Assembly (NCBI RefSeq): GCF_001677475.2
Contig: NZ_CP015229.1
Length of the DNA stretch: 64,000 bases
Strand: one strand, 5' to 3'
Source of the DNA: Escherichia coli
GTDB lineage: Bacteria; Pseudomonadota; Gammaproteobacteria; Enterobacterales; Enterobacteriaceae
Shown piece by piece: positions 38,620 to 50,001 of this stretch (within the stretch, counting starts at the first letter, position 1; every line of letters begins with the position of its first letter). The translations under genes and the position numbers were made by a program. The notes beneath the pieces were generated by a model. The model had not been told where the DNA came from and did no database searches. It saw only the letters and a program-made list of their open reading frames with translations.

Positions 38620-41600
38620 TTACCAGCTATATTTAACACCCAGCATGCCCTGAGTATCGCTATAGCCTTTATCACCTAGTTGCACACCGACATTCCCCCA
38701 CAGGCTAAGGTTGTTATTTACTTTCGCCTCAACCCCGGTACGTACTTCACCGAGATTACGCGCACCATCACGGCTTACGGTTTGACCATTCATCTTCACG
38801 GCGTAGACTTTGCTGTTGTTGATCCAGTTCGCTTCAATGTAAGGCTGGAACTCACGCTGTTTACCATTGTCACGCTGGTGATGACTGTTCAGGTAGGTTT
38901 TCACCCCAAGCCGCGTTTGCACGTTTCCGTCACCTTCCGTTTCAATGCGTGTTCCGTCTTTCCGGGTATGGTCAGAATTTTTCACACCCATCCAGGTGAT
39001 TTGCACCTGTGGCTGGACGTACCAGGTATTCAGCGTCCCTTCGCTGCCGCTAAATATTCCCGCTTCAAAGGTATACCCACCCTCAACAGAGGCCGTCAGA
39101 CCGCGAGAATCATAGTCGTCAGCAGAACGGTTATCGGAACTGACGCTGTTATCAAACCAGTTATACAGCGCCCAGCTGTCAACATAAGCGCCGGTCTTAT
39201 TCGCATCGTTCTGATACCAGGTCGCGTAAATCCCAGCGCTGTACCCGCTGATGCGCCCATCCGATTTATAACCCACACGATTACTCTGAGTATTACTGTG
39301 CTGATTGGCATAGCCTGCCATAATGCCGAGGTGCCAGCGATCCTGCGCGTTGCTACTCCACTGCGCCAAATCGCCGCCTAGATGCAATACATAGCGGTTA
39401 GCCTGAGTATTTAGCTGACCGTCACCGGTCCTGAAACGTTCGTGCCCCCCGACATGACGCATCCACATACTGCTTGCTGCACCCTGAGAATGCAGTGAAT
39501 CTGCATACTGTGGCTCACCCAGACGGTCGTGTAAGCGATGGCTAAACAGCGAGTTAGCTGCGGCAATGTTGCTGATATAGCTTCCGGCCTCCGGGCGATA
39601 AACTGATGGGCCTTCCGGATCCACAACAGGGGGATTATTAATGGGATCGGGTGTATCCGGTGGCGTTACGCCGTCCCATTTACTGGTCAGATACCAGTTT
39701 TTCTCGTCATTCCCCTTCCCTTTAGCCAGCGTGTAGACGTATGCCCCAGCTTCGACAGTTCCGGTGGTCAGCGCGAAGTTACCTGCAGAATTACCGCCAA
39801 CCTCAATGAGTTCAATACCGTTGACCGTATGTGCACCGACGCCGCCAATGTTATCAACCCGAACGCGAGTGCTTCCTTGTGTATCGCCTTTCACGTTCAT
39901 CTTATCGGTGGGCGAATTATCGCCGCCCAGCGTCGCGTTGAACGTTATCAGGCCATTGTTTCCGGTATCGTTGCCGTTAACGGTCAGTACATTCCCCGGT
40001 TTTCCTCCTTCACTATTCATTTGAACCGTGCCGCCATTCTCCAGATTGCCGCCGATAGTGGTTTTGGCGACACGCAGTGTCCCCCCAGACATAACGTTCA
40101 CATCACCTGCAGTGGTGACATTTCCCGACATCACACCGCTGTTGTGGATATTAATGTGCTGACTTGCCATATTAATGGCAGAGTCGGAACCGAAAGCAAT
40201 TTCACCACCCACGATATCCGTCGTACCCTTATACGTCGCGGAATCGTTGTTAAGAGTCAGGATCCCGGTCCCCAGTTTTGTCACATCACCGCTACCGCTG
40301 ATACTGTGCGTCATCGCCCAGCTACGCTCAGTGGAGATGGTGAGCAGGCCATTATTGATAACGGAAGCATCACCCAGGTTTTTCTGCTCGTTGACGCTGA
40401 GCGCGCTACCTGCATCGATGTTGAATTGCCCCACAAAGCGGCTATTATCGCCATCCAGCTCTACATCTGTCCTGGCGGTTGCGCTCACGATACCCTTCCC
40501 GCTTATGCTATTACGCAGTTCGCCAGTCACGTTTTTTAGCGTTAACAGACCGTCATTGGCAATATTTCCTCTGCCTAACCCCTGCGTATTATCGAGGCTG
40601 ACTTCCGCATTTGGGCTAACGCTGGTTAACGCATTGTAGCGTGCATTAAGCCCCTCGATAGCCAGCGTTCCCCCTGTAACATTCAGATTACCGCCACCTG
40701 TCAGTTCACCCTGACTGATCCCACCTTTATTTACCGTCAGCGCCCCCTCTTTGAACAAAACAGTCGAACCCATCTGCCCGGTGAATGTCTCTACCGTCTG
40801 CGTCGATCCATTAAGATCGACGATGGCCGCGTTGCGGATGTTCAGTTCCCGGGTGTTGCCCAGCGCGCCATCCGCATCGGTACGTAATGTCCCCATCTGA
40901 ACATAGGTTGCCCCCTGATAGTCGTTCTGACCGTTGGAAAGCGAAACCTGTCGCACCGTATTGATTGCCAGATCCCCTTCACCACCGATTTTTGCCGACA
41001 TATCGGCCGTTGCGCCATAGGCTCCGCCATGTTCGGCTAACGTCAGCTTTTGCCCACCATGGATGTTCAGCGCTTTCAGCCCATAGTTAACATACAAACC
41101 ATCACCAGGTACGGTCGTGAGGCGGAATCCATAATCACCCTCGGCGACCACTGTTCCGTTTTGTGCAATGTGTAACGTTTTGTCCGCTTCCACCTCGTCG
41201 CCCTGTAAATCACGTAACGTTAATGAGCCACCCGACCCAATAACCGTTTGCGCCTTCACCAGTTGAACGCCGACATGGCTATCATCGTGTTCCAGCAAAT
41301 TGAGCGTCGTCAGAGGGTTATTCGCCATGGGATCATTCCACGGTTTAGGCACGTCGATAAGCACGTCGCCCGTCCCGTTTACCTGATAGTTACGGCCTTT
41401 CCAGGTGTAGTCACCCGCGCCGACAACCAGCGTATCGACGCTGATATATCCCTCCGCAAGCGTCGCAGCAGGTATATCCGTATCGAAAGTGAGCGTACCG
41501 CCATTCATGGCTAGTCCACCAATGGATTGCTCTCCCACTTTTACCGATGTGGTATTTTCACTGTCAGACTGAAGCATCGCGTGAGTAAGCGCAGCGGTGT

Positions 41601-44040
41601 TGTCGCGTTCCAGTGTGAAGGTACTGTCTTTCAGTTGGGCAACACCGGCGAATTCAGTTCCTGTTGCATGGGTAAAGCCAAACATTTTGTCGGAGGATGA
41701 CAGCTGCACTCGCATCAAGCCATCGCCTTTGAGCGCATTGGTCAGCGTGTAATCTCCTGCGCTGTTCGTTGATGCGAGAATGTCTAGCGTACCGGGGCTT
41801 GCAATGGTTACTTCACTCGAACCCATGCCTGTTACCCCATCTGCCGTATGTGACGCAATAGTCAGGAGGCCGTCATTGACCAGCGTTTTACCGCTATAAG
41901 TATTCCCTGCATTGAACACCGTATGGCCTGCATCATGCATCACTTTTCCGCCTTTATCGTCACCCGTAATCAGCATATCGACCTGGTAGCCGGCATCACT
42001 GTTATTAGTATGATTAAAGACAAAAACGCCTTCGCCATGACCAAACTCTACTTTCGTCGCGTTGGTGATAAATCCGGCATCTGCCGCCGCCTCACCGTGA
42101 GCAGCACCAATGTTTAGCGTTCCTACAGCAGGATCAAAAAGACCTAAGTAAACTTCGCCACCCTCAACATTTAGCGTGCCGTTATTCGTCAGGGTTAACG
42201 TACCCGTGCCAGTCGTCCCTACGTTCATATTGAATGTTTCAAGAAGAGAGTTCTGCCCATCCACCCTCACGTCGCCCTTACTTTTGTCATTGAGAGCTAT
42301 CTGTGTATCACGCGCTTTAACTATACCTCCGGTGGTAATATTCAGTTCACCCGAGCCTAATACACCGACCTGTAGCAATTGGGCGTTATTAGAAGACGTC
42401 TTTAAATTCCAAAGACTATCCGTTGAAATATTAACTATTCCCTTACCGGGGGAATTTCCTCCGATAAATCCATAGCCCGTTGAATTAAGTGTGGCACCAT
42501 TACTGACATTTACGATACCGCTACCAAAATTACCGACATTGATACCCACAGTATCGAACGATGATGTCGCATCCATCAGGTTCAGTGTGCCGATACTGCT
42601 TGCTTTATCGCCCAAAAAAGTAATATTTTGCGATACGAACTTACCGCCATCGCTAATATTGAGGTTTCCGACGCCCGCAACACCAATGGTGGTATAGACA
42701 TTCTTATTGACCTCCCATATCCCCCCCGTGGTGATGCTAACCTTCCCGACGCCGGTTTCGCCATAACCGAGTGAGCTTCCTCCGTTGCTGACAACAAGCC
42801 CCTCATTACTGATATTCATTTCGCCGTGGCCGTCATAACCAAGATTAGTTCCGAGATTAGTGATAACGGAGTTCTTATCCTTAACAGTAATGTTGCCAGT
42901 GCCTGTTTCTTTCATCCCCGCAGTGATAATTCCCGAATCTACTTTACCTGCACGCGAGACATTAAGTTCACCGTCGCCAGCATCACCGATATAGATATAG
43001 CGGAAAGCTTCGCCTGTTCCGAGGAAATTCCAATGCCCTTTATCGGTCACGTTGACGACACCGTGGGAACCGTCCTGAACGCCCACCAATGAATATTCTT
43101 TGTTATTAATTAGTCCATTATTGGAAATATTGACTGTGCCATTACCGAAATATCCATTATAGAGTCTGCGTACCGTGATGACAGAGTCTTGATCCTGCAC
43201 ATTCAGGGTTCCGATACCGGTAGCATTGCCACCGATAATCGTATTTTCAGCCGTAATCAGCCCACCCTCGCGAATAGTCGCTTCTCCCGTCCCTTGATTA
43301 CCAATTTGAAATTCAATTGAGGAGTCGTTATTTTTTATTAGCCACTCACCGCCCTTTTCAACGACAACCTGGCCATTACTGCCCGTCTGATAGCCTAAAA
43401 TGGCGACGATTGAACTCGTGACATAACCCTTATCTGTAATATTTAATGAACCTGTGCCATAGCTACCTATTTCGAATAACTCCGTCGTCAGAACCGAGTC
43501 CTCTCCCTCAACATTAATCATCCCGACGCCTGCAGCTTGAGTACCTAATCTTAAATAGCCTCCATCAACGTGACCTTTCTGTTTAATATTCAGCGTCCCC
43601 GTTCCGGATTGACCCACATTTAAAGGCCTTGCATTATTTCCGCTATCATACAATCGCCAGGTGCCACCCAAAACATTAACGGTGCCCTCTGAGTCCTCAT
43701 TAGCGCCAATGACACTGGTAGTAATAGTGGTTAAGGAGGCATTTCCGCCAGCCAAAATATTAAGCACTCCAGTGCCATACCAGCCAACCAGATAGGCATC
43801 ATAAGCAACATCAGTATCAATATTGGTAATCAGACCATTATCAACTTCAAGACTTGCACCAGACGCTGAACCGCTTAGTGCCAGCAAAACACCCAGCGTC
43901 AATCTACTGAATTTCGTTGTCAGCCCAGAGGATTTATGTAAATTAACCGTCGATGTTTTACCTACCCTGAGAGTTAATTCCGAGCAGACCTGAAATACCT
44001 GTAGGGTGCAATTCCATATCACGCGATAGATTCTATTCAT
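38620..44040 (-). CDS. Large AIDA-I-type autotransporter adhesin, intact
   Basis: 1806-aa ORF with extended signal peptide MNRIYRVIWNCTLQVFQVCSEL…, long Gly/Thr/Asn-rich repeat passenger, and C-terminal β-barrel ending …GMLGVKYSW; recalled as fragmented (yneO/ydeK/ydeU) in K-12. Confidence 0.85.
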   Translation of the reverse strand: MNRIYRVIWNCTLQVFQVCSELTLRVGKTSTVNLHKSSGLTTKFSRLTLGVLLALSGSASGASLEVDNGLITNIDTDVAYDAYLVGWYGTGVLNILAGGNASLTTITTSVIGANEDSEGTVNVLGGTWRLYDSGNNARPLNVGQSGTGTLNIKQKGHVDGGYLRLGTQAAGVGMINVEGEDSVLTTELFEIGSYGTGSLNITDKGYVTSSIVAILGYQTGSNGQVVVEKGGEWLIKNNDSSIEFQIGNQGTGEATIREGGLITAENTIIGGNATGIGTLNVQDQDSVITVRRLYNGYFGNGTVNISNNGLINNKEYSLVGVQDGSHGVVNVTDKGHWNFLGTGEAFRYIYIGDAGDGELNVSRAGKVDSGIITAGMKETGTGNITVKDKNSVITNLGTNLGYDGHGEMNISNEGLVVSNGGSSLGYGETGVGKVSITTGGIWEVNKNVYTTIGVAGVGNLNISDGGKFVSQNITFLGDKASSIGTLNLMDATSSFDTVGINVGNFGSGIVNVSNGATLNSTGYGFIGGNSPGKGIVNISTDSLWNLKTSSNNAQLLQVGVLGSGELNITTGGIVKARDTQIALNDKSKGDVRVDGQNSLLETFNMNVGTTGTGTLTLTNNGTLNVEGGEVYLGLFDPAVGTLNIGAAHGEAAADAGFITNATKVEFGHGEGVFVFNHTNNSDAGYQVDMLITGDDKGGKVMHDAGHTVFNAGNTYSGKTLVNDGLLTIASHTADGVTGMGSSEVTIASPGTLDILASTNSAGDYTLTNALKGDGLMRVQLSSSDKMFGFTHATGTEFAGVAQLKDSTFTLERDNTAALTHAMLQSDSENTTSVKVGEQSIGGLAMNGGTLTFDTDIPAATLAEGYISVDTLVVGAGDYTWKGRNYQVNGTGDVLIDVPKPWNDPMANNPLTTLNLLEHDDSHVGVQLVKAQTVIGSGGSLTLRDLQGDEVEADKTLHIAQNGTVVAEGDYGFRLTTVPGDGLYVNYGLKALNIHGGQKLTLAEHGGAYGATADMSAKIGGEGDLAINTVRQVSLSNGQNDYQGATYVQMGTLRTDADGALGNTRELNIRNAAIVDLNGSTQTVETFTGQMGSTVLFKEGALTVNKGGISQGELTGGGNLNVTGGTLAIEGLNARYNALTSVSPNAEVSLDNTQGLGRGNIANDGLLTLKNVTGELRNSISGKGIVSATARTDVELDGDNSRFVGQFNIDAGSALSVNEQKNLGDASVINNGLLTISTERSWAMTHSISGSGDVTKLGTGILTLNNDSATYKGTTDIVGGEIAFGSDSAINMASQHINIHNSGVMSGNVTTAGDVNVMSGGTLRVAKTTIGGNLENGGTVQMNSEGGKPGNVLTVNGNDTGNNGLITFNATLGGDNSPTDKMNVKGDTQGSTRVRVDNIGGVGAHTVNGIELIEVGGNSAGNFALTTGTVEAGAYVYTLAKGKGNDEKNWYLTSKWDGVTPPDTPDPINNPPVVDPEGPSVYRPEAGSYISNIAAANSLFSHRLHDRLGEPQYADSLHSQGAASSMWMRHVGGHERFRTGDGQLNTQANRYVLHLGGDLAQWSSNAQDRWHLGIMAGYANQHSNTQSNRVGYKSDGRISGYSAGIYATWYQNDANKTGAYVDSWALYNWFDNSVSSDNRSADDYDSRGLTASVEGGYTFEAGIFSGSEGTLNTWYVQPQVQITWMGVKNSDHTRKDGTRIETEGDGNVQTRLGVKTYLNSHHQRDNGKQREFQPYIEANWINNSKVYAVKMNGQTVSRDGARNLGEVRTGVEAKVNNNLSLWGNVGVQLGDKGYSDTQGMLGVKYSW

Positions 44041-44524
44041 ATAAACGCTCCATATACAAATAATACAGCCACGAAAGAGATGAGTCGTCAGACATTAAAA
44101 ATGAAACTTATTAAATTGTCAGAGGTCTGTATTGAGTGTTGGTTGGAGGTGGGAAGGTGTCAATTTGGCTAATTTGCTAATACTTTCGAATTGATAGATT
44201 AAAAATTGCATAGTTCTTATTTTATTTAAAAATGGACCATGAGTTATTGTTGCTTAATAAGAAAACTGTTTCTTTCAATAAGAAAACTATCATCATCATA
44301 TTTAACAAATAATAGCACTAATTGCTAAAAACCGAAGTTTATTAAACCCCTTTTGCATCCATTAATGTCTTTAGGAATATTCGCTATAAAATAAGGGTTA
44401 TGCTTAATGCTTTAAGGAAAATAGCAATTTTCCCTTGAATATAGTACTGGTGATGGAACGATGAATCTGCAAGCTGGCATTTAACAAGCCAGCTCTAAAA
44501 GAAGGGAAATAAGAATAACTATAC

Positions 44525-44562
44525 TCAAAAACTAACAGCCACGGTCATCATGATGTGGCTGT
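44525..44562 (-). terminator. Putative intrinsic terminator downstream of lsrK
   Basis: Stem acagccac/gtggctgt (44535..44562) followed on the transcript by tagtttttgag. Confidence 0.45.
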
Positions 44563-44570
44563 CAATGAAA

Positions 44571-46163
44571 CTATAACCCAGGCGCTTTCCATAACGACGT
44601 CGTCAGTCCATGATCAACCAGCCCCAGCTGATCCTGATAAACTGCCTGCCACTTATCGCGTGAATCCTGATAAAGTTCATGCTTTTTCGGGTCTGGTGTG
44701 TGCGTCCGTTCCCAGCGAACCAGGCGTTCTCCGGTTTCTGCCATTGATGAAAAAATTCCGGCACCGACGCCAGCTGCAATGGCACATCCTAATGCAGTGG
44801 CTTCTTTGACCACCGGAATATTGACGGGTAATCCCGAGACATCAGCGAGAATTTGACTCCATAATTTCCCTTTTGAACCTCCACCTGCAAAGACTAACGA
44901 TGAAGGATGAATATTCGAGAAATCAGCAATTTGCTGCAAGTTACACGCTGATACAATCGCCGCATTTTCTTCCAGCGCACGGAACAATGTCGCTTTGTTA
45001 CATTTATCCGGGTCAATAGACAAATTAATAAAGGAAGGTGCAGCGTGATACCAAGTTTTAAAGCGCATTCTGTCGGAGAATATCGGCATTACGCCCCACG
45101 ACCCAGGCGGCACACGACTGGCCATCTCTTCCAGCAACGTATAGGTGTCGATGCCTAAACGTTCGGCAATCAGTTTTTCTTCGGCACAGAAAGCATCGCG
45201 AAACCAGCGCATGGTGAGTCCGGTAAAAAAGCTTATAGATTCAGCTTGTACCATGCCAGGAATAACATGGGGATTAACGCGCACGTTCATTTCTGGGTCT
45301 GTCGCCGGCGCGGCTAAGTTTACAACTTGCTGCCAGAATGTGCCGCCAAGAACAGCGGTTTGTGCCGGACGCACAACGCCTAACCCCAGGCAACCAAGCT
45401 GCACGTCGCCTCCTCCAACGACCACAGGAGTGCCCACCTTCAGACCGCAGAGTTCCGCCGCTTGTGAACTTACCACGCCCAGCAATGTGCCGGTTTCTTT
45501 GACAGGAGAAAGAATATCGGCACGCAGGCCAGCCATATCCAGCAATGCAGGTTTCCAGTCACGGGTGGTTAGATCAAGAAGTCCCGTGGTGCCAGCGTTA
45601 GAGGGATCCACCGCAAGTTCGCCGCTGAGCATATAGGCCAGCCAGTCGCTGATCATGGTGATGGTTGATGCCTGACGGTAAATATCGGAACGATGGTGCG
45701 CCAGCCAAAGTAATCTGGGGATGGCACTTAAAGCCAGCGTTTGTCCGGTCGCGCGATAAACTTCGTTTTCAAAGGTATTGTTGTGCAGTTCTTTAAGTTC
45801 GCTAACTTCGCGCGCCGCTCTGGCATCCACATTGGCGCAGGCCCAGATCGGTGTTCCTTCATTGTTATATAAAACAATGCCTTCACGCATCGAACATGCC
45901 GAAACGGCAGCGATATACTCAGGGGCTATGCCGGCGTTGTGCAGCGCCTGGCGCATACACTCACACGCCAGTTTCCAGTTTTTGTTGAGATCAAATTCCA
46001 TAGAACCAGGAACGTCCGGTACTGCCAGATGCTGCCACTCCGCCTGTCCCACTGCTATTTGATTGCCTTCCAGGTCGAATATCACAGCCCGAATACTTCC
46101 GGTGCCTGCATCCAGCGCCATAAGGTAATACTTTGATTCTGAAGGGGTAAAGAGTCGAGCCAT
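44571..46163 (-). CDS. lsrK: Autoinducer-2 kinase
   Basis: 530-aa FGGY-family kinase [33 protein letters not shown]… recognised as LsrK. Confidence 0.92.
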   Translation of the reverse strand: MARLFTPSESKYYLMALDAGTGSIRAVIFDLEGNQIAVGQAEWQHLAVPDVPGSMEFDLNKNWKLACECMRQALHNAGIAPEYIAAVSACSMREGIVLYNNEGTPIWACANVDARAAREVSELKELHNNTFENEVYRATGQTLALSAIPRLLWLAHHRSDIYRQASTITMISDWLAYMLSGELAVDPSNAGTTGLLDLTTRDWKPALLDMAGLRADILSPVKETGTLLGVVSSQAAELCGLKVGTPVVVGGGDVQLGCLGLGVVRPAQTAVLGGTFWQQVVNLAAPATDPEMNVRVNPHVIPGMVQAESISFFTGLTMRWFRDAFCAEEKLIAERLGIDTYTLLEEMASRVPPGSWGVMPIFSDRMRFKTWYHAAPSFINLSIDPDKCNKATLFRALEENAAIVSACNLQQIADFSNIHPSSLVFAGGGSKGKLWSQILADVSGLPVNIPVVKEATALGCAIAAGVGAGIFSSMAETGERLVRWERTHTPDPKKHELYQDSRDKWQAVYQDQLGLVDHGLTTSLWKAPGL

Positions 46164-46241
46164 TAGATTATCCTCGGCTTATGCGTTCTGTCTGTTCCTC
46201 TATACGTTCTCCATCATTCCCGGTAATAAGGTCATGCAAAT

Positions 46242-47195
46242 TTAACTACGTAAAATCGCCGCTGCTGTATCCTGATCGGTAACCAGTGCGTTGATATAAC
46301 CGCCTTTCATTGCAGCAGCAATTGCTTCGGCTTTATTTTCTCCCCCTGCCACGCCAACCCGGACGGGTATGGTCTTCAGCGCGCTTAAAGGTAAGCCAAT
46401 CAGTTCGTTATGTATTTTAATATCCGTGACAACGTCACCTTTTGCATCAAAAAAGTAGCCTAAAATGTCGCCAACTGCACCTTTTCGGCCAATCATTAAC
46501 TGTTCGCCCTGGCTGATATAGCCGGAGCGAATGATTGTCGCGTCGTCTTGTTGACTCACGGCCCCAATGCCGACAATCGCCACATCCGCTGCTTGCGCGG
46601 CTAACAGAACATCTTTGACGCAATTTTCATTTTTTAGCGTACGGGCAATATCAGCGGAGGATGCCCGCAGCGGAGCCGGAATAATATTCACACTGCACGC
46701 CGCGTTAAGCTGCCCGATACCCGTCATATAAGAACCGACGCCACCGGAGAGCGTGACCAGGCGAATTTGCTGTGACGAAATAAAACCACTTAAGCGTTGC
46801 AGCGTATTCATGGTTGCCTCGCCAAAACCAATCGCCAGCATCTGTTGTGGTTGAAGTAAACTCATCAACATATGCGCCGCGCCTATCCCTAGTCGCCCGC
46901 CGACATCAGCATCCGCAAGCCCAGGGATCACCCGGACATGTTGCAGCGAAAACTGACGACGTAATTGTGTTTCATGTTCCAGACAGCCTTCAAAGCGAGA
47001 ATTAATCTGCACGCGAATAATGCCGGACTGATGCCCTTTTTCCAGTAATCGCGACACTTTCAAGCGAGTCAGCCCGAGACGATCGCTGATCTCGCTCTGG
47101 GTCAGCCCGTCGTGGTAGTAAAACCACGCGATCCGCGCGACCTGTTCTTCTTCACACATTCCCTGTTCTGAAATTGCCGAATCGTTGATTGTCAT
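46242..47195 (-). CDS. lsrR: lsr operon repressor (SorC family)
   Basis: 317-aa ORF with N-terminal HTH; divergent from lsrA. Confidence 0.92.
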   Translation of the reverse strand: MTINDSAISEQGMCEEEQVARIAWFYYHDGLTQSEISDRLGLTRLKVSRLLEKGHQSGIIRVQINSRFEGCLEHETQLRRQFSLQHVRVIPGLADADVGGRLGIGAAHMLMSLLQPQQMLAIGFGEATMNTLQRLSGFISSQQIRLVTLSGGVGSYMTGIGQLNAACSVNIIPAPLRASSADIARTLKNENCVKDVLLAAQAADVAIVGIGAVSQQDDATIIRSGYISQGEQLMIGRKGAVGDILGYFFDAKGDVVTDIKIHNELIGLPLSALKTIPVRVGVAGGENKAEAIAAAMKGGYINALVTDQDTAAAILRS

Positions 47196-47211
47196 AATTC
47201 ATTCTTCACTT

Positions 47212-47244
47212 TGAACATATTTAAATCTTTAATGCAATTGTTCA
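47212..47244. promoter_or_regulatory. Palindrome TGAACA-N21-TGTTCA, lsrR-proximal; candidate LsrR operator
   Basis: tgaacatatttaaatctttaatgcaattgttca in the lsrR-lsrA intergenic region. Confidence 0.5.
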
Positions 47245-47379
47245 GTTCTTGCGCATTTATATCTGTGATAGCAACCACAGTTTGACTCTACGAGCATGAA
47301 CAAACGCAACCGTGAAAATCAAAATAGCATAAATTGTGATCTATTCGTCGGAAATATGTGCAATGTCCACCTAAGGTTA

Positions 47380-47412
47380 TGAACAAATTAAAAGCAGAAA
47401 TACATTTGTTCA
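47380..47412. promoter_or_regulatory. Palindrome TGAACA-N21-TGTTCA, lsrA-proximal; candidate LsrR operator
   Basis: tgaacaaattaaaagcagaaatacatttgttca, about 30 bp upstream of the lsrA start. Confidence 0.5.
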
Positions 47413-47443
47413 AAACTCACCTGCAAAACTGAACGGGGGAAAT

Positions 47444-48979
47444 ATGCAAACGAGTGATACCTGCGCGTTACCGCTACTTTGCGCCCGCTCGGTTTATAAA
47501 CAGTATTCAGGGGTCAATGTCCTGAAAGGCATCGATTTTACGTTGCACCAGGGGGAAGTCCACGCCCTGCTTGGCGGCAATGGTGCCGGTAAATCGACGT
47601 TAATGAAGATTATTGCCGGTATTACCCCTGCTGATAGCGGTACGCTGGAGATTGGGGGCAATAATTACACCAGATTAACGCCAGTTCATGCTCATCAGTT
47701 GGGCATTTATCTCGTTCCCCAGGAACCGCTGCTTTTCCCAAGCCTGTCGATAAAAGAAAACATCCTGTTTGGACTGGCAAAAAAACAGCTCTCCATGCAG
47801 AAAATGAAGAACTTGCTGGCGGCTCTGGGCTGCCAGTTTGATCTGCATAGTCTGGCAGGATCGCTGGATGTCGCCGATCGCCAAATGGTGGAAATCCTCC
47901 GCGGGCTGATGCGCGACTCGCGGATTCTGATCCTCGATGAACCTACCGCCTCGCTTACCCCTGCGGAAACCGAACGCTTGTTTAGTCGCTTGCAAGAGCT
48001 GCTTGCTACTGGCGTGGGTATTGTTTTTATCTCGCATAAGCTGCCGGAAATTCGCCAGATTGCCGATCGAATTAGCGTGATGCGCGACGGAACCATCGCC
48101 TTAAGCGGCAAAACCAGCGAACTGTCTACCGACGACATTATTCAGGCCATCACGCCAGTGGTACGGGAAAAATCGCTCTCTGCCAGCCAAAAATTATGGC
48201 TGGAGTTACCTGGTAACCGCCCACAACATGCCACCGGAACGCCGGTGCTGACACTGGAAAATCTGACCGGCGAAGGTTTCAGGAATGTCAGCATGACGCT
48301 CAATGCCGGAGAAATTCTGGGCCTGGCTGGGCTGGTGGGAGCCGGACGCACAGAACTGGCCGAGACGCTATATGGTCTACGTACTTTGCGTGGCGGACGC
48401 ATTATGCTGAATGGTAAAGAGATCAATAAATTATCCACTGGAGAACGTTTACTGCGCGGTCTGGTTTATCTGCCGGAAGATCGCCAGTCATCCGGACTGA
48501 ATCTCGATGCTTCGCTGGCCTGGAACGTCTGCGCCCTTACTCATAACCTTCGTGGATTCTGGGCGAAAACCGCGAAAGAAAATGCCACCCTGGAACGTTA
48601 TCGTCGGGCGCTGAATATTAAATTTAACCAACCGGAACAAGCTGCACGGACATTATCCGGTGGCAACCAGCAAAAAATCCTCATTGCCAAATGCCTGGAA
48701 GCTTCGCCGCAAGTATTGATTGTCGATGAGCCGACGCGCGGCGTGGATGTCTCGGCGCGTAATGATATCTACCAACTGTTGCGCAGCATCGCAGCACAGA
48801 ATGTGGCTGTGCTGCTTATCTCCTCTGATCTGGAAGAGATCGAACTGATGGCAGATCGCGTGTATGTGATGCATCAGGGCGAAATTGCCCACTCTGCACT
48901 GACCGGGCGCGATATTAATGTCGAGACCATTATGCGCGTTGCCTTCGGCGATAGTCAGCGTCAGGAGGCGTCATGCTGA
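47444..48979 (+). CDS. lsrA: AI-2 ABC transporter ATP-binding protein (tandem ATPase)
   Basis: 511-aa ORF with Walker [10 protein letters not shown] and a second nucleotide-binding domain. Confidence 0.92.
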   Translation: MQTSDTCALPLLCARSVYKQYSGVNVLKGIDFTLHQGEVHALLGGNGAGKSTLMKIIAGITPADSGTLEIGGNNYTRLTPVHAHQLGIYLVPQEPLLFPSLSIKENILFGLAKKQLSMQKMKNLLAALGCQFDLHSLAGSLDVADRQMVEILRGLMRDSRILILDEPTASLTPAETERLFSRLQELLATGVGIVFISHKLPEIRQIADRISVMRDGTIALSGKTSELSTDDIIQAITPVVREKSLSASQKLWLELPGNRPQHATGTPVLTLENLTGEGFRNVSMTLNAGEILGLAGLVGAGRTELAETLYGLRTLRGGRIMLNGKEINKLSTGERLLRGLVYLPEDRQSSGLNLDASLAWNVCALTHNLRGFWAKTAKENATLERYRRALNIKFNQPEQAARTLSGGNQQKILIAKCLEASPQVLIVDEPTRGVDVSARNDIYQLLRSIAAQNVAVLLISSDLEEIELMADRVYVMHQGEIAHSALTGRDINVETIMRVAFGDSQRQEASC

Positions 48980-50001
48980 AATTTATTCAGAACAATCGTG
49001 AAATCACGGCACTGCTGGCGGTGGTGCTGCTGTTTGTATTACCCGGTTTTCTCGACCGCCAGTATTTAAGTGTGCAAACGCTGACCATGGTTTATAGCAG
49101 CGCGCAAATCCTGATCCTGCTGGCAATGGGCGCGACGCTGGTAATGCTTACGCGCAATATTGATGTTTCAGTGGGTTCGATTACCGGAATGTGCGCGGTG
49201 CTGTTGGGGATGTTACTGAACGCGGGGTATTCACTACCTGTTGCTTGTGTCGCGACTTTACTGCTTGGTTTGCTTGCGGGATTTTTCAACGGTGTCCTGG
49301 TCGCGTGGCTAAAGATCCCTGCCATTGTTGCCACCCTTGGCACGTTAGGATTGTACAGAGGCATCATGTTGCTGTGGACTGGCGGTAAATGGATTGAGGG
49401 ATTACCCGCCGAACTGAAACAGCTCTCCGCCCCGCTGCTGCTTGGCGTTTCAGCAATTGGTTGGTTGACGATAATTCTGGTGGCATTTATGGCCTGGCTG
49501 CTGGCGAAGACAGCGTTTGGACGCAGTTTTTATGCCACGGGCGATAATTTACAGGGCGCTCGTCAACTGGGCGTTCGTACGGAAGCCATTCGCATTGTGG
49601 CATTTTCGTTGAACGGTTGCATGGCGGCACTGGCGGGGATTGTGTTTGCTTCGCAGATTGGTTTTATCCCCAACCAGACCGGTACCGGGCTGGAGATGAA
49701 AGCAATTGCAGCCTGCGTGCTGGGCGGCATTAGTTTGCTCGGCGGTTCCGGTGCGATCATCGGTGCGGTACTCGGCGCATGGTTCCTGACGCAGATCGAT
49801 AGTGTACTGGTGCTGTTGCGCATTCCGGCATGGTGGAACGATTTTATCGCGGGCCTCGTGCTGCTGGCGGTGCTGGTGTTTGATGGACGCCTGCGTTGCG
49901 CGCTGGAACGTAATCTGCGGCGGCAAAAATATGCCCGCTTTATGACGCCACCGCCATCCGTTAAAACCGCTTCGTCAGGTAAAAAACGGGAGGCTGCATA
50001 A
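48973..50001 (+). CDS. lsrC: AI-2 ABC transporter permease
   Basis: 342-aa polytopic membrane ORF overlapping the lsrA end. Confidence 0.9.
   Translation: MLKFIQNNREITALLAVVLLFVLPGFLDRQYLSVQTLTMVYSSAQILILLAMGATLVMLTRNIDVSVGSITGMCAVLLGMLLNAGYSLPVACVATLLLGLLAGFFNGVLVAWLKIPAIVATLGTLGLYRGIMLLWTGGKWIEGLPAELKQLSAPLLLGVSAIGWLTIILVAFMAWLLAKTAFGRSFYATGDNLQGARQLGVRTEAIRIVAFSLNGCMAALAGIVFASQIGFIPNQTGTGLEMKAIAACVLGGISLLGGSGAIIGAVLGAWFLTQIDSVLVLLRIPAWWNDFIAGLVLLAVLVFDGRLRCALERNLRRQKYARFMTPPPSVKTASSGKKREAA

Noticed and set aside
38680-43092. Many plus-strand ORFs (up to 236 aa) inside the autotransporter gene
   Set aside because: They overlap a single long, clearly coding minus-strand ORF with repeat structure; Pro/Ser/Thr-rich translations are typical of antisense frames of Gly/Thr-rich repeats.
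44041-44570. 530-bp AT-rich region between the autotransporter start and lsrK as a possible sRNA or mobile-element remnant
   Set aside because: No coding potential, terminal repeats or convincing sRNA terminator apart from the lsrK terminator hairpin; more simply explained as an AT-rich adhesin promoter region.
47274-47289. CRP binding site in the lsr intergenic region as a confident feature
   Set aside because: TGTGATAGCAACCACA matches only one half-site well; kept as a note in findings rather than a feature.
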